The notes: a model not told the origin generated them from the sequence alone. Shown: positions 17,546-26,839, counted from the stretch's first letter. The stretch is DNA of 64,000 nt from Hormoscilla sp. (GCA_051439505.1 JBFRWI010000148.1:1-64000); one strand, 5' to 3'. Program-made: numbers and translations.

Positions 17546-18182
17546 GGTGGGCACCGCCCACCATAAGCAATTCAAAATTAAAAATTCAGAATTAAAAATG
17601 GGGAAAGTCCCTGAGAACAAGGCTCTCAGGCGTAGCCCTATGCAATTTAAATGCACGTAGGGGCGTTAAGCGCATCGGCTGCGCAGCAGCTAGCATTCGG
17701 GCGAACAAATAACGACATAAATTGATAAATTGATTATCCGAATGCTTCGCCCAGCGCGTAGTGAGATGCACCGTCCACCTTCAATGTGCGATCGCATCAA
17801 TTCACCCATGTAACCGGGGCACGGCTTGCTAAAATATTATCATCGGAACTGATAATTAATTGATGCCGTGCCCCAGCAGTCGTCAATGAAGATCCGATCG
17901 CATTCATCGATTACTGGAGATGGGACTGACTGCAATACTTCGTAGGTTTTGAATATAGGTTGTCATTGCGAGGGGGGGGACAAGCGCTTCGGACTTATGC
18001 TCAACCGAGTCGCGCAGCGTTGCGAGGCACGAAGCAATCCCCCCCCGTTAGCGCAGCCGCTGCGCTAACGGGGGGGCTTAAGCTGTCGCCCATTTAAATT
18101 GCACAGGCCGAAACGCCGAAACCATTGTTCTCAATGGCTTTCCGAATTTTGAATTCTGAATTTTGAATTTTGAATTGTTTAG
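17542..18182. repeat. Dense nest of several short repeat families
   Basis: GTAGGGTGGGCACCGCCCACC, two family B copies in opposite orientation, a GTAGGGGCG...GCTTCGCCC element (inverted copy at about 45921-46015), GTCATTGCGAG...GAAGCAATC, and the palindrome CCCCCCCGTTAGCGCAGC.GCTGCGCTAACGGGGGGG. Confidence 0.7.
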
Positions 18183-18241
18183 TGACCTCCGCTTTGGGAT
18201 TGCCCATTGAGGCGTTCCAGCTGGCCACAAAAGGTTTTTTG

Positions 18242-18391
18242 GGGTGTGGTCAAAAGTAGTTGTAGAGGATCCCCCCAAACCCCCCTTAAAAAGGGGGGCT
18301 TCTGGAAACCCCCCCTTTTGGAAGGGGGGGTTTGGGGGGGATCCGGCGACTTCCGAGGCCCTAGAACTATCAACGGGTTTTGACCACACCC
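18242..18391. mobile_element. 150-bp MITE with GGGTGTGGTCAAAA terminal inverted repeats
   Basis: 14-bp TIRs; flanking direct repeat GTTTTTTG at 18234-18241 and 18392-18399. Confidence 0.85.
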
Positions 18392-18888
18392 GTTTTTTGG
18401 GGCCTCCCAAGCAATTTGTCTGAGTCCTATCTATCTTTTGGGGGAATCGACCATCGGGCAACTGTTACTTGCCCGGAGACTCTCAATCGGATATAATGTC
18501 AATCAGCAGCATGACCGACTGTGTTTGCTTGAGCGCTGAGGTCGGTGCTGCGATCTGTGACAGCATATGAGTGCGATCGCTGTGTGATTTCTGTTGTCAC
18601 CGTTTTTCCAATTATTGCGCTCGTGGGTGCATCCAATAATCGATAGTACATCTATAGGTAGATCGTGCTGGGCGAAGATTGCGATCTCCAACAACTCCAA
18701 AATCAGGGTTATTCCGTGCTGCCAATCAATGCGATCGACCCTGATTTGCGCTTGAGTCAGTATACTAAGAGCATGCCAACAGGGGTAAATCAGTATTTTG
18801 GCTCAACGGCTAAATTACCTCTCAATGAGATAGTGCTGACAAGTGACTAACTGTGGGCACGGCCCCCCCTACCAAATAACAAAGAACA

Positions 18889-19899
18889 ATGGATGCTAAA
18901 CAAGTTCTAGATCTGTATGCAAAAGGCAGAAAAGATTTTCGCGGTGCTGACCTGAGTCATATTAACCTCAGCGGTGCTGACTTGAGCCATGTCAGTTTCG
19001 GTCATGCCAACTTAAATCATGCTAACTTAAGTCATGCTGACTTGTCTCATGCTGACTTGTCTCATGCTGACCTATCTCATGCCGACCTGTTTGTTGCCAA
19101 CCTGAGTAATGCTAACCTGATTTTTGCTAATTTGAGTAGCGCCTACCTGTTTAGCTGCAATCTGAAAAAAGCTGACATGAGCGGTACTAACCTGATTTTT
19201 GCGAACGTGATTCAAGCTAACCTGCAAGCTGCAAATTTGACTCAAGCTAACCTAGCTCAAGCTAACTTCTGTGGTAGTAACTTGATTAAAGCTGACTTGA
19301 GTAGAGCAAATATGAGTGGTAGTAACTTCATTAAAGCCGATTTGAGTGGCACTATCTTTGCTAAAGCTAACTTAAGTCGTGCTAATTTGGCTTATGCTAA
19401 GTTTGAAGAATCAGACTTGTCTTCTGCCGACTTAACTGATGCTAACTTGGCTGGCACTGACTTGACTAATGCCAAACTCAATAGAAAACTATTAAGTAAC
19501 TCAGCCCTTACTGCTGCCTTTTACGCTCCAATTAGTAAAAAGTCTCATGAATGGAAGGGTTTTCACTTTGATTCTAAGACAGAGATTAAAATTGCCGAAG
19601 CCCTCGATCGGGCGGACGTGCTTTTTTACCCCAACTGCAAAGCGCGACTCAATACTACCACGGGCAAAGAGAATAAGGAATGTAATTTTCTAGTGTTCTA
19701 CCAGGGGAAATGTGGAATAATTGAAATCGAAGGCGAACCTTGGCTTCCAGATAACAATTCGGGAGTTGACGACCCCGAACGCGACCATTTGTTTAAGACT
19801 TATGGCGTTCATGTTTTGAAGCATTATAATGCTAGCAAATGCTTCAAGAACCCAGATGCAGTGGTGCAGGAATTCCTCGATCTTCTCAGTTGGGCATAG
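18889..19899 (+). CDS. Pentapeptide-repeat protein with C-terminal PD-(D/E)xK-like domain
   Basis: Y..G.KDF start, many A(D/N)LS repeats, then FDSKTEIKIAEALD...FLVFYQGKCGIIEIEG. Confidence 0.85.
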   Translation: MDAKQVLDLYAKGRKDFRGADLSHINLSGADLSHVSFGHANLNHANLSHADLSHADLSHADLSHADLFVANLSNANLIFANLSSAYLFSCNLKKADMSGTNLIFANVIQANLQAANLTQANLAQANFCGSNLIKADLSRANMSGSNFIKADLSGTIFAKANLSRANLAYAKFEESDLSSADLTDANLAGTDLTNAKLNRKLLSNSALTAAFYAPISKKSHEWKGFHFDSKTEIKIAEALDRADVLFYPNCKARLNTTTGKENKECNFLVFYQGKCGIIEIEGEPWLPDNNSGVDDPERDHLFKTYGVHVLKHYNASKCFKNPDAVVQEFLDLLSWA

Positions 19900-19984
19900 C
19901 AAATTCACCATTCCCTGAATAATTCCGGATGACAGGGCTGTGGTCCGTATAGAGGGATAGAAGTTTTTCAGCGGATATCCCCAT

Positions 19985-20212
19985 ATGCGTTTCTACACCT
20001 TTATTTTGCTATTTTTGAGTGCGATCGTCAGCAGTCAATTGATTATCTCTCACTCAAATAACTCAGAACATTCGGAAGTAACAGTGCAGCTGGCCCAGAG
20101 TCAGGAGGACAGCCCCAATAGAAGCGATCGGGATCGGGGCACAAGCCAGCGAACCGGCACTGGCCGGCGAGAGATTATGGCCTTTACACACTCTGATTGT
20201 TGTCAGTTGTAA
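19985..20212 (+). CDS. PatX-like small secreted peptide with variant motif
   Basis: MR-start signal peptide, QLAQ, near-C-terminal RTGTGRRE resembling RG(S/T)GRR. Confidence 0.55.
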   Translation: MRFYTFILLFLSAIVSSQLIISHSNNSEHSEVTVQLAQSQEDSPNRSDRDRGTSQRTGTGRREIMAFTHSDCCQL

Positions 20213-20247
20213 GTTGCCAGTTGTTAATTAACAATTGCTCAATCAAT

Positions 20248-22122
20248 TCACTCATCTTGTAGCAACTTAAGTTGGTACTGGGCGTCGTCGTAACAGCCTC
20301 CTCGACCCAAGTCCAGGCAGAGTTGAGCTGATTTTTGCAGGTCGGCGATCGCCCGTTCGCGGTTTGACTGACTGCTATAGGCTAAACCCCGATCGTAGTA
20401 GGCTAAGGCATGGTTGGGGTTGCGTTCGATGGCAGCAGTAAAATCAGCGATCGCCCCTTGAAGTTCTCCCAACTCCTGACGTGCTAGTCCCCGATTATAA
20501 TAGGGATCGGCGTCGTCCGGGTCGAGCTTAATTGCGATATTATAGTCGGCAATTGCCCCTGGCAGATCTCCCTGACTGCGGCGTGCCAGACCTCGGTTCT
20601 GATAGGCAAAAGTATGGGTTGGTCTCAGGTCGATCGCCCGGGTGCAGTCGGCGATCGCCCGTTCTTGGTCGCCGATATTAGACCAGGAAAGACAGCGATT
20701 CAGATAAGCTGCGGGTAGATCTGGGTCTAGCTTAATGGCCTTAGTATAGTCTTCCACCGCCCCCTTGTCATTACCCAGATCTGCCCGCACCGTACCTCTG
20801 TTTACATAAGCTGCCACCAGATCTGGGTCCAGTTGAATAGCCTCAGTATAATCTGCCTCGGCCCCGGGCCGATCGCCCAGGGACAAACGAATATTACCCC
20901 GTTGATAATAGGCAGCGGCCTTGTCAGACAGTGCGATCGCCTCAGTCAAATCGGACAGCGCCGCTTGCCGCTTTCCCAAACGTCTGTATAGCAATCCCCG
21001 ACTATAATAAGCCTGGCCGTTATCTGCTTTCCACTCCAGGGCCTGGGTGTAATATTCTAGTGCCAGAGATTCTTCCCCAAGCTTCTCTTTTTCCGCTCCC
21101 TGGTATAGTAGGTAATGCGCGATCGCCAGTTGGGGCAGTTTCTTCTTATATCCTACCAATAGCAACATGCCCGCCACCAATACAGCCGCGCCCGATCGCA
21201 GCCATAGCGACCTCCCCACCACTGGCCGATTTTCCTTCCCGATCCTGAGATCCGGCAACAGTCCTATCCCTGCCGTTTTTTCCTGTTCTGGGGATCCCGC
21301 TTCCCAGCCTGCCAAGTCAGACAATATCTCCCCTACCGACTGATAGCGCTGCTTGCTATCGGCATGCACCATCTTTTCCAAAATCTCGGTCAATTTAGGA
21401 TTTGCCTCTATCTCTTTGTGCCAATAGTCCGACTGGTTGTTTTTCAGTCTAAAATTCCACAATTCTTCTACTGTTTTCCCTGTCAGGGCCTGAATACATA
21501 TCATCCCCAGACTATAGATATCGCTATTAAATTGAGGCTGTCCCAGATCTTGCTCCGGTGCTACATACACAACCTCAGAGTTCGTTTCTGCCTGGAAGTC
21601 CTGATGCTGCGATCGCATCACTTGATTGCCAATTTCCTTAAAAATCCCAAACCCCGTTAATACCAAGCTACCATCCGACTGTCGCCGAATCAAGTTAGAT
21701 GGTTTCATTGCCCTATGGATGCTCCCGCGACTGTGGACAAAATCTAATATCTCTAGCATCTGCCCCAGAATATTCTTCACCTGTTCTTGCGGCATTGGTT
21801 TTCCAGGGGCTATCTCATCTTTTAAGGAACGACCTGGAACCCACTCTTCCACCATATAAAAGCTTTGGTTCTCATCAAAACAAGCTACGATCTTGGGGAT
21901 TTGGGGATGCTCGCCAAGATTTTTCAGAGCTTCGGCTTTCTTTTTTAATAAAACTATGCTAAACTTGAGAGTTCTGGGATTGTCGATCGGTAGCTTCAGT
22001 TCCCTAACTAAATGGGGGGGGTGACCCGGAAGAGAGGTATCTCCTACCAGGTAAGTCTGTCCCAGCGGATCTGAACTTATAGTCCTGATAAATTGATAGC
22101 GTTGATTTAGCAATTGGCCCAT
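20248..22122 (-). CDS. Ser/Thr kinase-like (pseudokinase) - TM - TPR protein
   Basis: HPQIP, APEQ, SDIYSLG present but HRA replaces HRD and GFG replaces DFG; TM helix, then about 8 TPRs. Confidence 0.85.
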   Translation of the reverse strand: MGQLLNQRYQFIRTISSDPLGQTYLVGDTSLPGHPPHLVRELKLPIDNPRTLKFSIVLLKKKAEALKNLGEHPQIPKIVACFDENQSFYMVEEWVPGRSLKDEIAPGKPMPQEQVKNILGQMLEILDFVHSRGSIHRAMKPSNLIRRQSDGSLVLTGFGIFKEIGNQVMRSQHQDFQAETNSEVVYVAPEQDLGQPQFNSDIYSLGMICIQALTGKTVEELWNFRLKNNQSDYWHKEIEANPKLTEILEKMVHADSKQRYQSVGEILSDLAGWEAGSPEQEKTAGIGLLPDLRIGKENRPVVGRSLWLRSGAAVLVAGMLLLVGYKKKLPQLAIAHYLLYQGAEKEKLGEESLALEYYTQALEWKADNGQAYYSRGLLYRRLGKRQAALSDLTEAIALSDKAAAYYQRGNIRLSLGDRPGAEADYTEAIQLDPDLVAAYVNRGTVRADLGNDKGAVEDYTKAIKLDPDLPAAYLNRCLSWSNIGDQERAIADCTRAIDLRPTHTFAYQNRGLARRSQGDLPGAIADYNIAIKLDPDDADPYYNRGLARQELGELQGAIADFTAAIERNPNHALAYYDRGLAYSSQSNRERAIADLQKSAQLCLDLGRGGCYDDAQYQLKLLQDE

Positions 22123-22657
22123 GCTGTTTCCCCTGACTTTCACTTGTTAAAAATTCTGGCATTGACAACTGACAATTGACAACTTATTATCTCATATTAA
22201 ATTCTTCGCCAGCGTCCCCCGAGAGGAATAGCGCCAATGATTTCCTGCGGATGTCCGCCAATTGCCAGTTGTATTTGCAGTTGCATCTGGTACGCTCGGG
22301 CTCCCCTTAACATCAAGTTAATCACATCAGGCATCTCTGTCTACTTTTGGGGAAAAATCTTAAAAAATCTTAAAATTATCGGATTTGGGGCAGGATTTGA
22401 TATAATCAGAAGGCGATGGCCAGCTAGAACGTCAGTAGAGTAGAATCACTATCCATTGTCGCTCGTGCAGCGCTCGACGAAAGATCAATGCTTTGAGCGC
22501 ACCAAACCAGATTTGCTGCACTGGCGCTCTAGAACCGGAACCCGGCGTCAACTCCAGTCAAGTCAGAACCGGTGATCGACCGGCAGCAGACAGGAAACTG
22601 GATGGGGGAAACTAGGCGCTGGTAAGCAGGACGCAAGCTAGAGGCCAAAGGAAAGAG

Positions 22658-22686
22658 TTGTCAAATTTGACAAAAAAAGGTAAAAT
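22658..22686 (+). promoter_or_regulatory. Putative gvpA promoter with overlapping palindromic operator
   Basis: TTGTCA-17 bp-TAAAAT; perfect palindrome TTGTCAAATTTGACAA at 22658-22673. Confidence 0.55.
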
Positions 22687-22742
22687 AGCGTCAGAGATGA
22701 AGTAAACCGATTACCCAGGGAAAACTGGGGGAGATGTAAATC

Positions 22743-22970
22743 ATGGCAGTAGAAAAAGTGAACTCGTCGTCAAGCTTGGCAGAAGTGGTAGACCGGATCC
22801 TGGAAAAAGGGATCGTGATCGATGCCTGGGTACGTGTTTCTCTGGTAGGGATCGAACTGTTGGCTATAGAAGCTCGCATCGTCATCGCCTCAGTAGAAAC
22901 TTACTTGAAGTATGCTGAAGCCGTAGGGCTGACTTCTCAAGCGGCGGTGCCGACTGTTGCTGGCGCGTAA
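22743..22970 (+). CDS. gvpA: Gas vesicle structural protein GvpA
   Basis: [45 protein letters not shown], canonical. Confidence 0.98.
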   Translation: MAVEKVNSSSSLAEVVDRILEKGIVIDAWVRVSLVGIELLAIEARIVIASVETYLKYAEAVGLTSQAAVPTVAGA

Positions 22971-23055
22971 AGACAGCAAGCTAGGGGCAGGCAGGCAAAA
23001 TTAGCCAGCTATCGCGATCGCCGGGATACCACAGATATCCAATACCTTTGGGCCC

Positions 23056-23171
23056 CTAGTGCAGCTGCGCGGAATTCTTTCATTCAAAATTCAAAATTCT
23101 CAGTCGGCTTTTGGAGCAAGGCTTTCAGCCACTATCCTACTGGTGGATGATTTCGGGCCGTGCAGCACTAG
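23056..23171. mobile_element. MITE-like element between gvpA and gvpC
   Basis: CTAGTGCAGC...GCAGCACTAG inverted ends, CTAG at both ends, internal ATTCAAA repeats. Confidence 0.55.
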
Positions 23172-23215
23172 CATAAAAGATAGGCAGCAGGAAGTGAAGA
23201 TAGAAGGAAGTGAAA

Positions 23216-23812
23216 ATGGCAACTCTTTTAAGTAAGTGGAACGACGCTAGGAAAAAGCGCAAGGAAGCAAATAAAGCAATCTCTCAACACGTTAACAGGA
23301 CTCTGGCGGCTGAGTGGCGTGAGGGACACAGACGGCGAAAGCAAGAAAAGAGAGAGCGGGCCTCAGAGGTTCGCACTCTTCAGCTGGAGACTAAAGAATT
23401 CTTATCCGAGACGAACCAGGAACGTAAGCAGATGACGGCAGAGCAGCAGCAGAAATTAGCGGATTTTCTGGGAGAAATGAAAGATTATGTCCAAAATTTT
23501 CGGCAAGACTTCTCAACGCGGAAAAGGACGGAAGTTCAGCAAATGCGAGCGAAAAATCAGGCGGATCTGTCTCAGAGTTCGGCAGAATTACACTCAGAAC
23601 TGCATCAGTATCGTGGGAATTTAAGAATATCAGTTTGGGGAACTAACGAAGAGGCACTTGTATACGAATGCATCCAGAACAGGAAAGGTGTTCGGATAAC
23701 AGAAATTGAGGAAGCTTTGGGAATAACGCGGGTCAAAGCAGTTGATACAGTCAAATCTTTAATGCAACAAGGTCTGGTAGTAGAGCGGGATCAAATGTTT
23801 TTCTTGCGGTAA
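23216..23812 (+). CDS. gvpC: GvpC-like protein with C-terminal winged-helix-like domain
   Basis: Between gvpA and gvpN; helical repeats (TKEFLSETNQER), LRISVWG motif, then a wHTH-like tail. Confidence 0.75.
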   Translation: MATLLSKWNDARKKRKEANKAISQHVNRTLAAEWREGHRRRKQEKRERASEVRTLQLETKEFLSETNQERKQMTAEQQQKLADFLGEMKDYVQNFRQDFSTRKRTEVQQMRAKNQADLSQSSAELHSELHQYRGNLRISVWGTNEEALVYECIQNRKGVRITEIEEALGITRVKAVDTVKSLMQQGLVVERDQMFFLR

Positions 23813-23824
23813 TAATTGCTAACT

Positions 23825-24910
23825 ATGCCAACAGTATTACAAGCACGATCGAGAGGATTTGTCAATACCCCAGCGGTAGAAAGCCTGGCAAACAGGGCCC
23901 TGCGTTATCTGAAATCGGGATTTCCAGTGCATCTGCGAGGACCGGCGGGTACGGGAAAGACAACCTTGGCCCTGCATCTAGCAGATCTGCGAGGTCGTCC
24001 GATGATGCTGATCTTTGGTGATGATGAGTTGAATACATCGGATCTGATCGGCAATAAAACGGGTTACTCCCGAAGAAAGGTGGTGGATAACTTCATTCAC
24101 ACCGTGGTCAAAATGGAAGATGAAATGCGGCAAAATTGGGTAGATTCCCGATTGACTCTGGCCGCAAAGGAAGGATTTACCCTGGTATATGACGAATTTA
24201 ACCGATCTCGACCAGAAGTAAATAACGTCCTGCTATCGGTGATCGAAGAAAAACTGTTGGTTTTGCCCCCGAGTAACGAAAGTGCGGAATATATCCGGGT
24301 ACATCCGGAGTTTCGGGCCATCTTTACTTCCAATCCCGCAGAATACCACGGCGTTCATGCTACCCAAGATGCGCTGATGGACCGGTTGGTGACGATGGAT
24401 GTACCGGAACCGGATAAGCTGACGCAAACGGAAATTCTGACGCAAAAAATTGGCATCGACAGGGAAGAGGCTTTGAGACTGATATCTCTGGTGCATGATT
24501 TTCGGGGGAAGACGGGTACAGAAAAGTCTTCGGGACTGCGATCGATTTTAATGATTGCCAAGATATGTAAGGATCATGAGATCCCCATATTGCTGGGCAA
24601 TGATGAATTCCGGGATGTATGCGCAGATGTACTGGTGTCTAGACTAAGTAAAAAACCAGATGAGGCAAAAGTTAAGCTGTCGGAGGTGCTGAATAAAAAG
24701 TTTGTTAGCAACAACAACGATCGGGAAGTTTACCAATATTTGCACCAAAATGAAGGGGCGCGAATGTCCGAAATAGAATCGGCAATGGGATGGAATCGGG
24801 TGGAAACGGTCAATGCCCTGCGATTGCTAATGGACAAAGGGAGGATTAAGCTGAAGGACGATCGCCTCTACGTTGTCGAAGAACAGGATCAACAGGATGA
24901 ATCATCGTGA
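23825..24910 (+). CDS. gvpN: Gas vesicle AAA+ ATPase GvpN with C-terminal winged-helix-like extension
   Basis: [41 protein letters not shown]. Confidence 0.95.
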   Translation: MPTVLQARSRGFVNTPAVESLANRALRYLKSGFPVHLRGPAGTGKTTLALHLADLRGRPMMLIFGDDELNTSDLIGNKTGYSRRKVVDNFIHTVVKMEDEMRQNWVDSRLTLAAKEGFTLVYDEFNRSRPEVNNVLLSVIEEKLLVLPPSNESAEYIRVHPEFRAIFTSNPAEYHGVHATQDALMDRLVTMDVPEPDKLTQTEILTQKIGIDREEALRLISLVHDFRGKTGTEKSSGLRSILMIAKICKDHEIPILLGNDEFRDVCADVLVSRLSKKPDEAKVKLSEVLNKKFVSNNNDREVYQYLHQNEGARMSEIESAMGWNRVETVNALRLLMDKGRIKLKDDRLYVVEEQDQQDESS

Positions 24911-25242
24911 CGGACCGAAACAGGATAATTACATCTACCAGTGGCTCGACTTTAGCAGATGTTCTAGAAAGAATTCTGGATAAAGGGATTGTCATCGCTG
25001 GAGATGTATCTGTATCAGTCGGATCGACGGAACTGCTGAATATTCGCATCCGCTTGCTGATTGCCTCGGTGGACAAAGCGAAGGAATTGGGGATTAACTG
25101 GTGGGAAAGCGACCCCTATTTGAGTAGCAAGCAGCAGCAGTTGCAGGAGGATAACCAAAAGTTACTAGATAGAATAGAGAGTTTAGAAAATAAATTGCGC
25201 AGTCTCAAAGAAGCATCGCCGGAGTCAAATCCAGAAGGTTGA
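24907..25242 (+). CDS. gvpJ: Gas vesicle protein GvpJ
   Basis: [20 protein letters not shown]...[13 protein letters not shown]. Confidence 0.95.
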   Translation: MTDRNRIITSTSGSTLADVLERILDKGIVIAGDVSVSVGSTELLNIRIRLLIASVDKAKELGINWWESDPYLSSKQQQLQEDNQKLLDRIESLENKLRSLKEASPESNPEG

Positions 25243-25278
25243 AAGTAAGATAGAGATAAAAATCAGGAGATTCAAATT

Positions 25279-25629
25279 ATGGGTAAGCGTGTAATACTTT
25301 CATCAGAATATAGAAAGATGCTGGAAGCAGATGATAAACGTCGCTATCAAGAATCCCACAGCGCTTTTTTGAATTATCAAGCAAAGTTTATAGCAGATGA
25401 CGATCGGCGCAGACGCAACTGGGTTGAAGATGGAAAACGCCGCTTTGCCGAGTGGCACAGGGGTTTTTTGAACTTTCAAGAAAAATTTCTGAAGGGCAAA
25501 GCAGCGTATATAGCAGATGACGATCGCCGTCGGCGGGAGTGGGAAGAAGATCGCAAACGCCGCAATAAGGAATCTCAGACGGAATTCCTAGATTATCAGA
25601 AAAAGTATCTTGATGAAATGTCTCTATAA
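25279..25629 (+). CDS. Uncharacterised gvp-operon protein with 33/40-residue helical repeats
   Basis: AGGAG RBS; three KRR....H..FL.(Y/F)Q.K(F/Y) units. Confidence 0.8.
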   Translation: MGKRVILSSEYRKMLEADDKRRYQESHSAFLNYQAKFIADDDRRRRNWVEDGKRRFAEWHRGFLNFQEKFLKGKAAYIADDDRRRREWEEDRKRRNKESQTEFLDYQKKYLDEMSL

Positions 25630-25743
25630 AGCGATCGGGCGGGGGGTTAAACCCCCTGTATTATGAATATTTTTGACAAGGGGGATTAGACAGCGGGTAG
25701 AGATAAAAGTTAGGTAACTGAGTTTGACCACGAGGATAGCGAT

Positions 25744-26187
25744 ATGGTAAAAAAATATATCTCATCAGAAGAATATCGGCAGAGGTTGGTGCGAGATGCA
25801 GATCGCCGCTTTGCCGAATGGCACAGGGACTTTCTTGACTATCAGAAGAAGTTCCTCGCGGAAATGTCGCTACATCCACTAGAGTCAGAAGTTGCGGCCC
25901 AAAAGACCGAACCTAGCAAGAGAGTGGAAAAGAAACCTGAAAAAAAGGTGGAGACTACACCTCGGGTGGCAAAGGCACAAAGTAACCGGAAAGAAAATAG
26001 ACCATCGCCCCAGGGAGTAGAGTCGGAACCTAGTAACCAGAAGGAAAATAGGCAGTTGCCCCAGCGAGTAGAGTCCGAACCTAGTAACCAGAAGGAAAAT
26101 AGGCAGTTGCCCCAGCGAGTAGAGTCGGAACCTAGTAACAGGAAGGAAAACGGACAGAGGCAGGAGAATAGACCCAAAAATGAGTGA
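25744..26187 (+). CDS. Uncharacterised gvp-operon protein: one repeat paralogous to the previous gene plus a 17-aa tandem-repeat tail
   Basis: RRFAEWHRDFLDYQKKFLAEMSL shared with the upstream ORF; VESEPSNQKENRQLPQR repeats. Confidence 0.75.
   Translation: MVKKYISSEEYRQRLVRDADRRFAEWHRDFLDYQKKFLAEMSLHPLESEVAAQKTEPSKRVEKKPEKKVETTPRVAKAQSNRKENRPSPQGVESEPSNQKENRQLPQRVESEPSNQKENRQLPQRVESEPSNRKENGQRQENRPKNE
25981..26151 (+). repeat. 51-bp coding tandem repeat, about 3.3 units
   Basis: AGTAACCAGAAGGAAAATAGGCAGTTGCCCCAGCGAGTAGAGTC.GAACCT. Confidence 0.9.
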
Positions 26188-26257
26188 GAAACAGCCGAGT
26201 TTGCCCCCTCCTAGGATCTAATCGAATCATGACATTAATCAGCAACGCCATATATTC

Positions 26258-26710
26258 ATGCCACCACCCCTTGACCTGTCGCAAAATCCAACCAACAGGG
26301 ATGCCGGTTTAGCACAGTTGCTACTGACAGTAGTGGAACTTGTACGTCAGTTGATGGAAGCGCAGGTAATACGCCGCATGGAAGCGGGAAATCTCAGTGA
26401 GGCAGAAATAGACCGCGCTGCTGAGAGTTTGCGCCAGTTAGAAGCACAAGTGTTACAATTATGTGAGGTGTTTGACATCGACCCGGCAGAATTGAACATT
26501 GACTTGGGAGAAATCGGTAGTCTGCTGCCCAAATCAGAGTATTATCCAGGAGAGTCCTCAGAAAATGCTTCGATTTTAGAATTGCTTGACCAACTACTAG
26601 ACACTGGTATCGTGGTCGATGGTGATGTCGATGTGGGGTTGGCAGATATAAATTTGATTCACCTGCGGTTAAGATTACTCTTAACATCTCAACTGCTTCC
26701 ACGTTCCTAG
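26258..26710 (+). CDS. gvpK: Gas vesicle protein GvpK
   Basis: GLAQLLLTVVELVRQLMEAQVIRRME...LNIDLGEIG. Confidence 0.95.
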   Translation: MPPPLDLSQNPTNRDAGLAQLLLTVVELVRQLMEAQVIRRMEAGNLSEAEIDRAAESLRQLEAQVLQLCEVFDIDPAELNIDLGEIGSLLPKSEYYPGESSENASILELLDQLLDTGIVVDGDVDVGLADINLIHLRLRLLLTSQLLPRS

Positions 26711-26738
26711 ATTGCAAATTGAAAAATATCTTGGCTTC

Positions 26739-26839
26739 GCTGTCGCGCATTGAAATTGCATGGATCGAAATGCTGAAACCAAAGAATATCGAATAGTTTC
26801 CCAATTTTGAATTTTGAATTTTGAATTTTGAATTGCTTA
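26739..26839. repeat. Family B repeat abutting the gvpF start codon
   Basis: GCTGTCGCGCATTGAAATTGC...(TTTTGAA)4 TTGCTTA; the final A is the A of the ATG. Confidence 0.7.

Noticed and set aside
18078..18461. ORFs here and at 44634-44872 with PPNPPF.KGG motifs
   Set aside because: Translations of the non-coding MITE core
18496..18850. Possible pseudogene upstream of the pentapeptide gene
   Set aside because: Short broken frames with no motif I can recognise
22440..22640. Possible ncRNA or riboswitch upstream of gvpA
   Set aside because: Some local pairing but no recognisable family consensus
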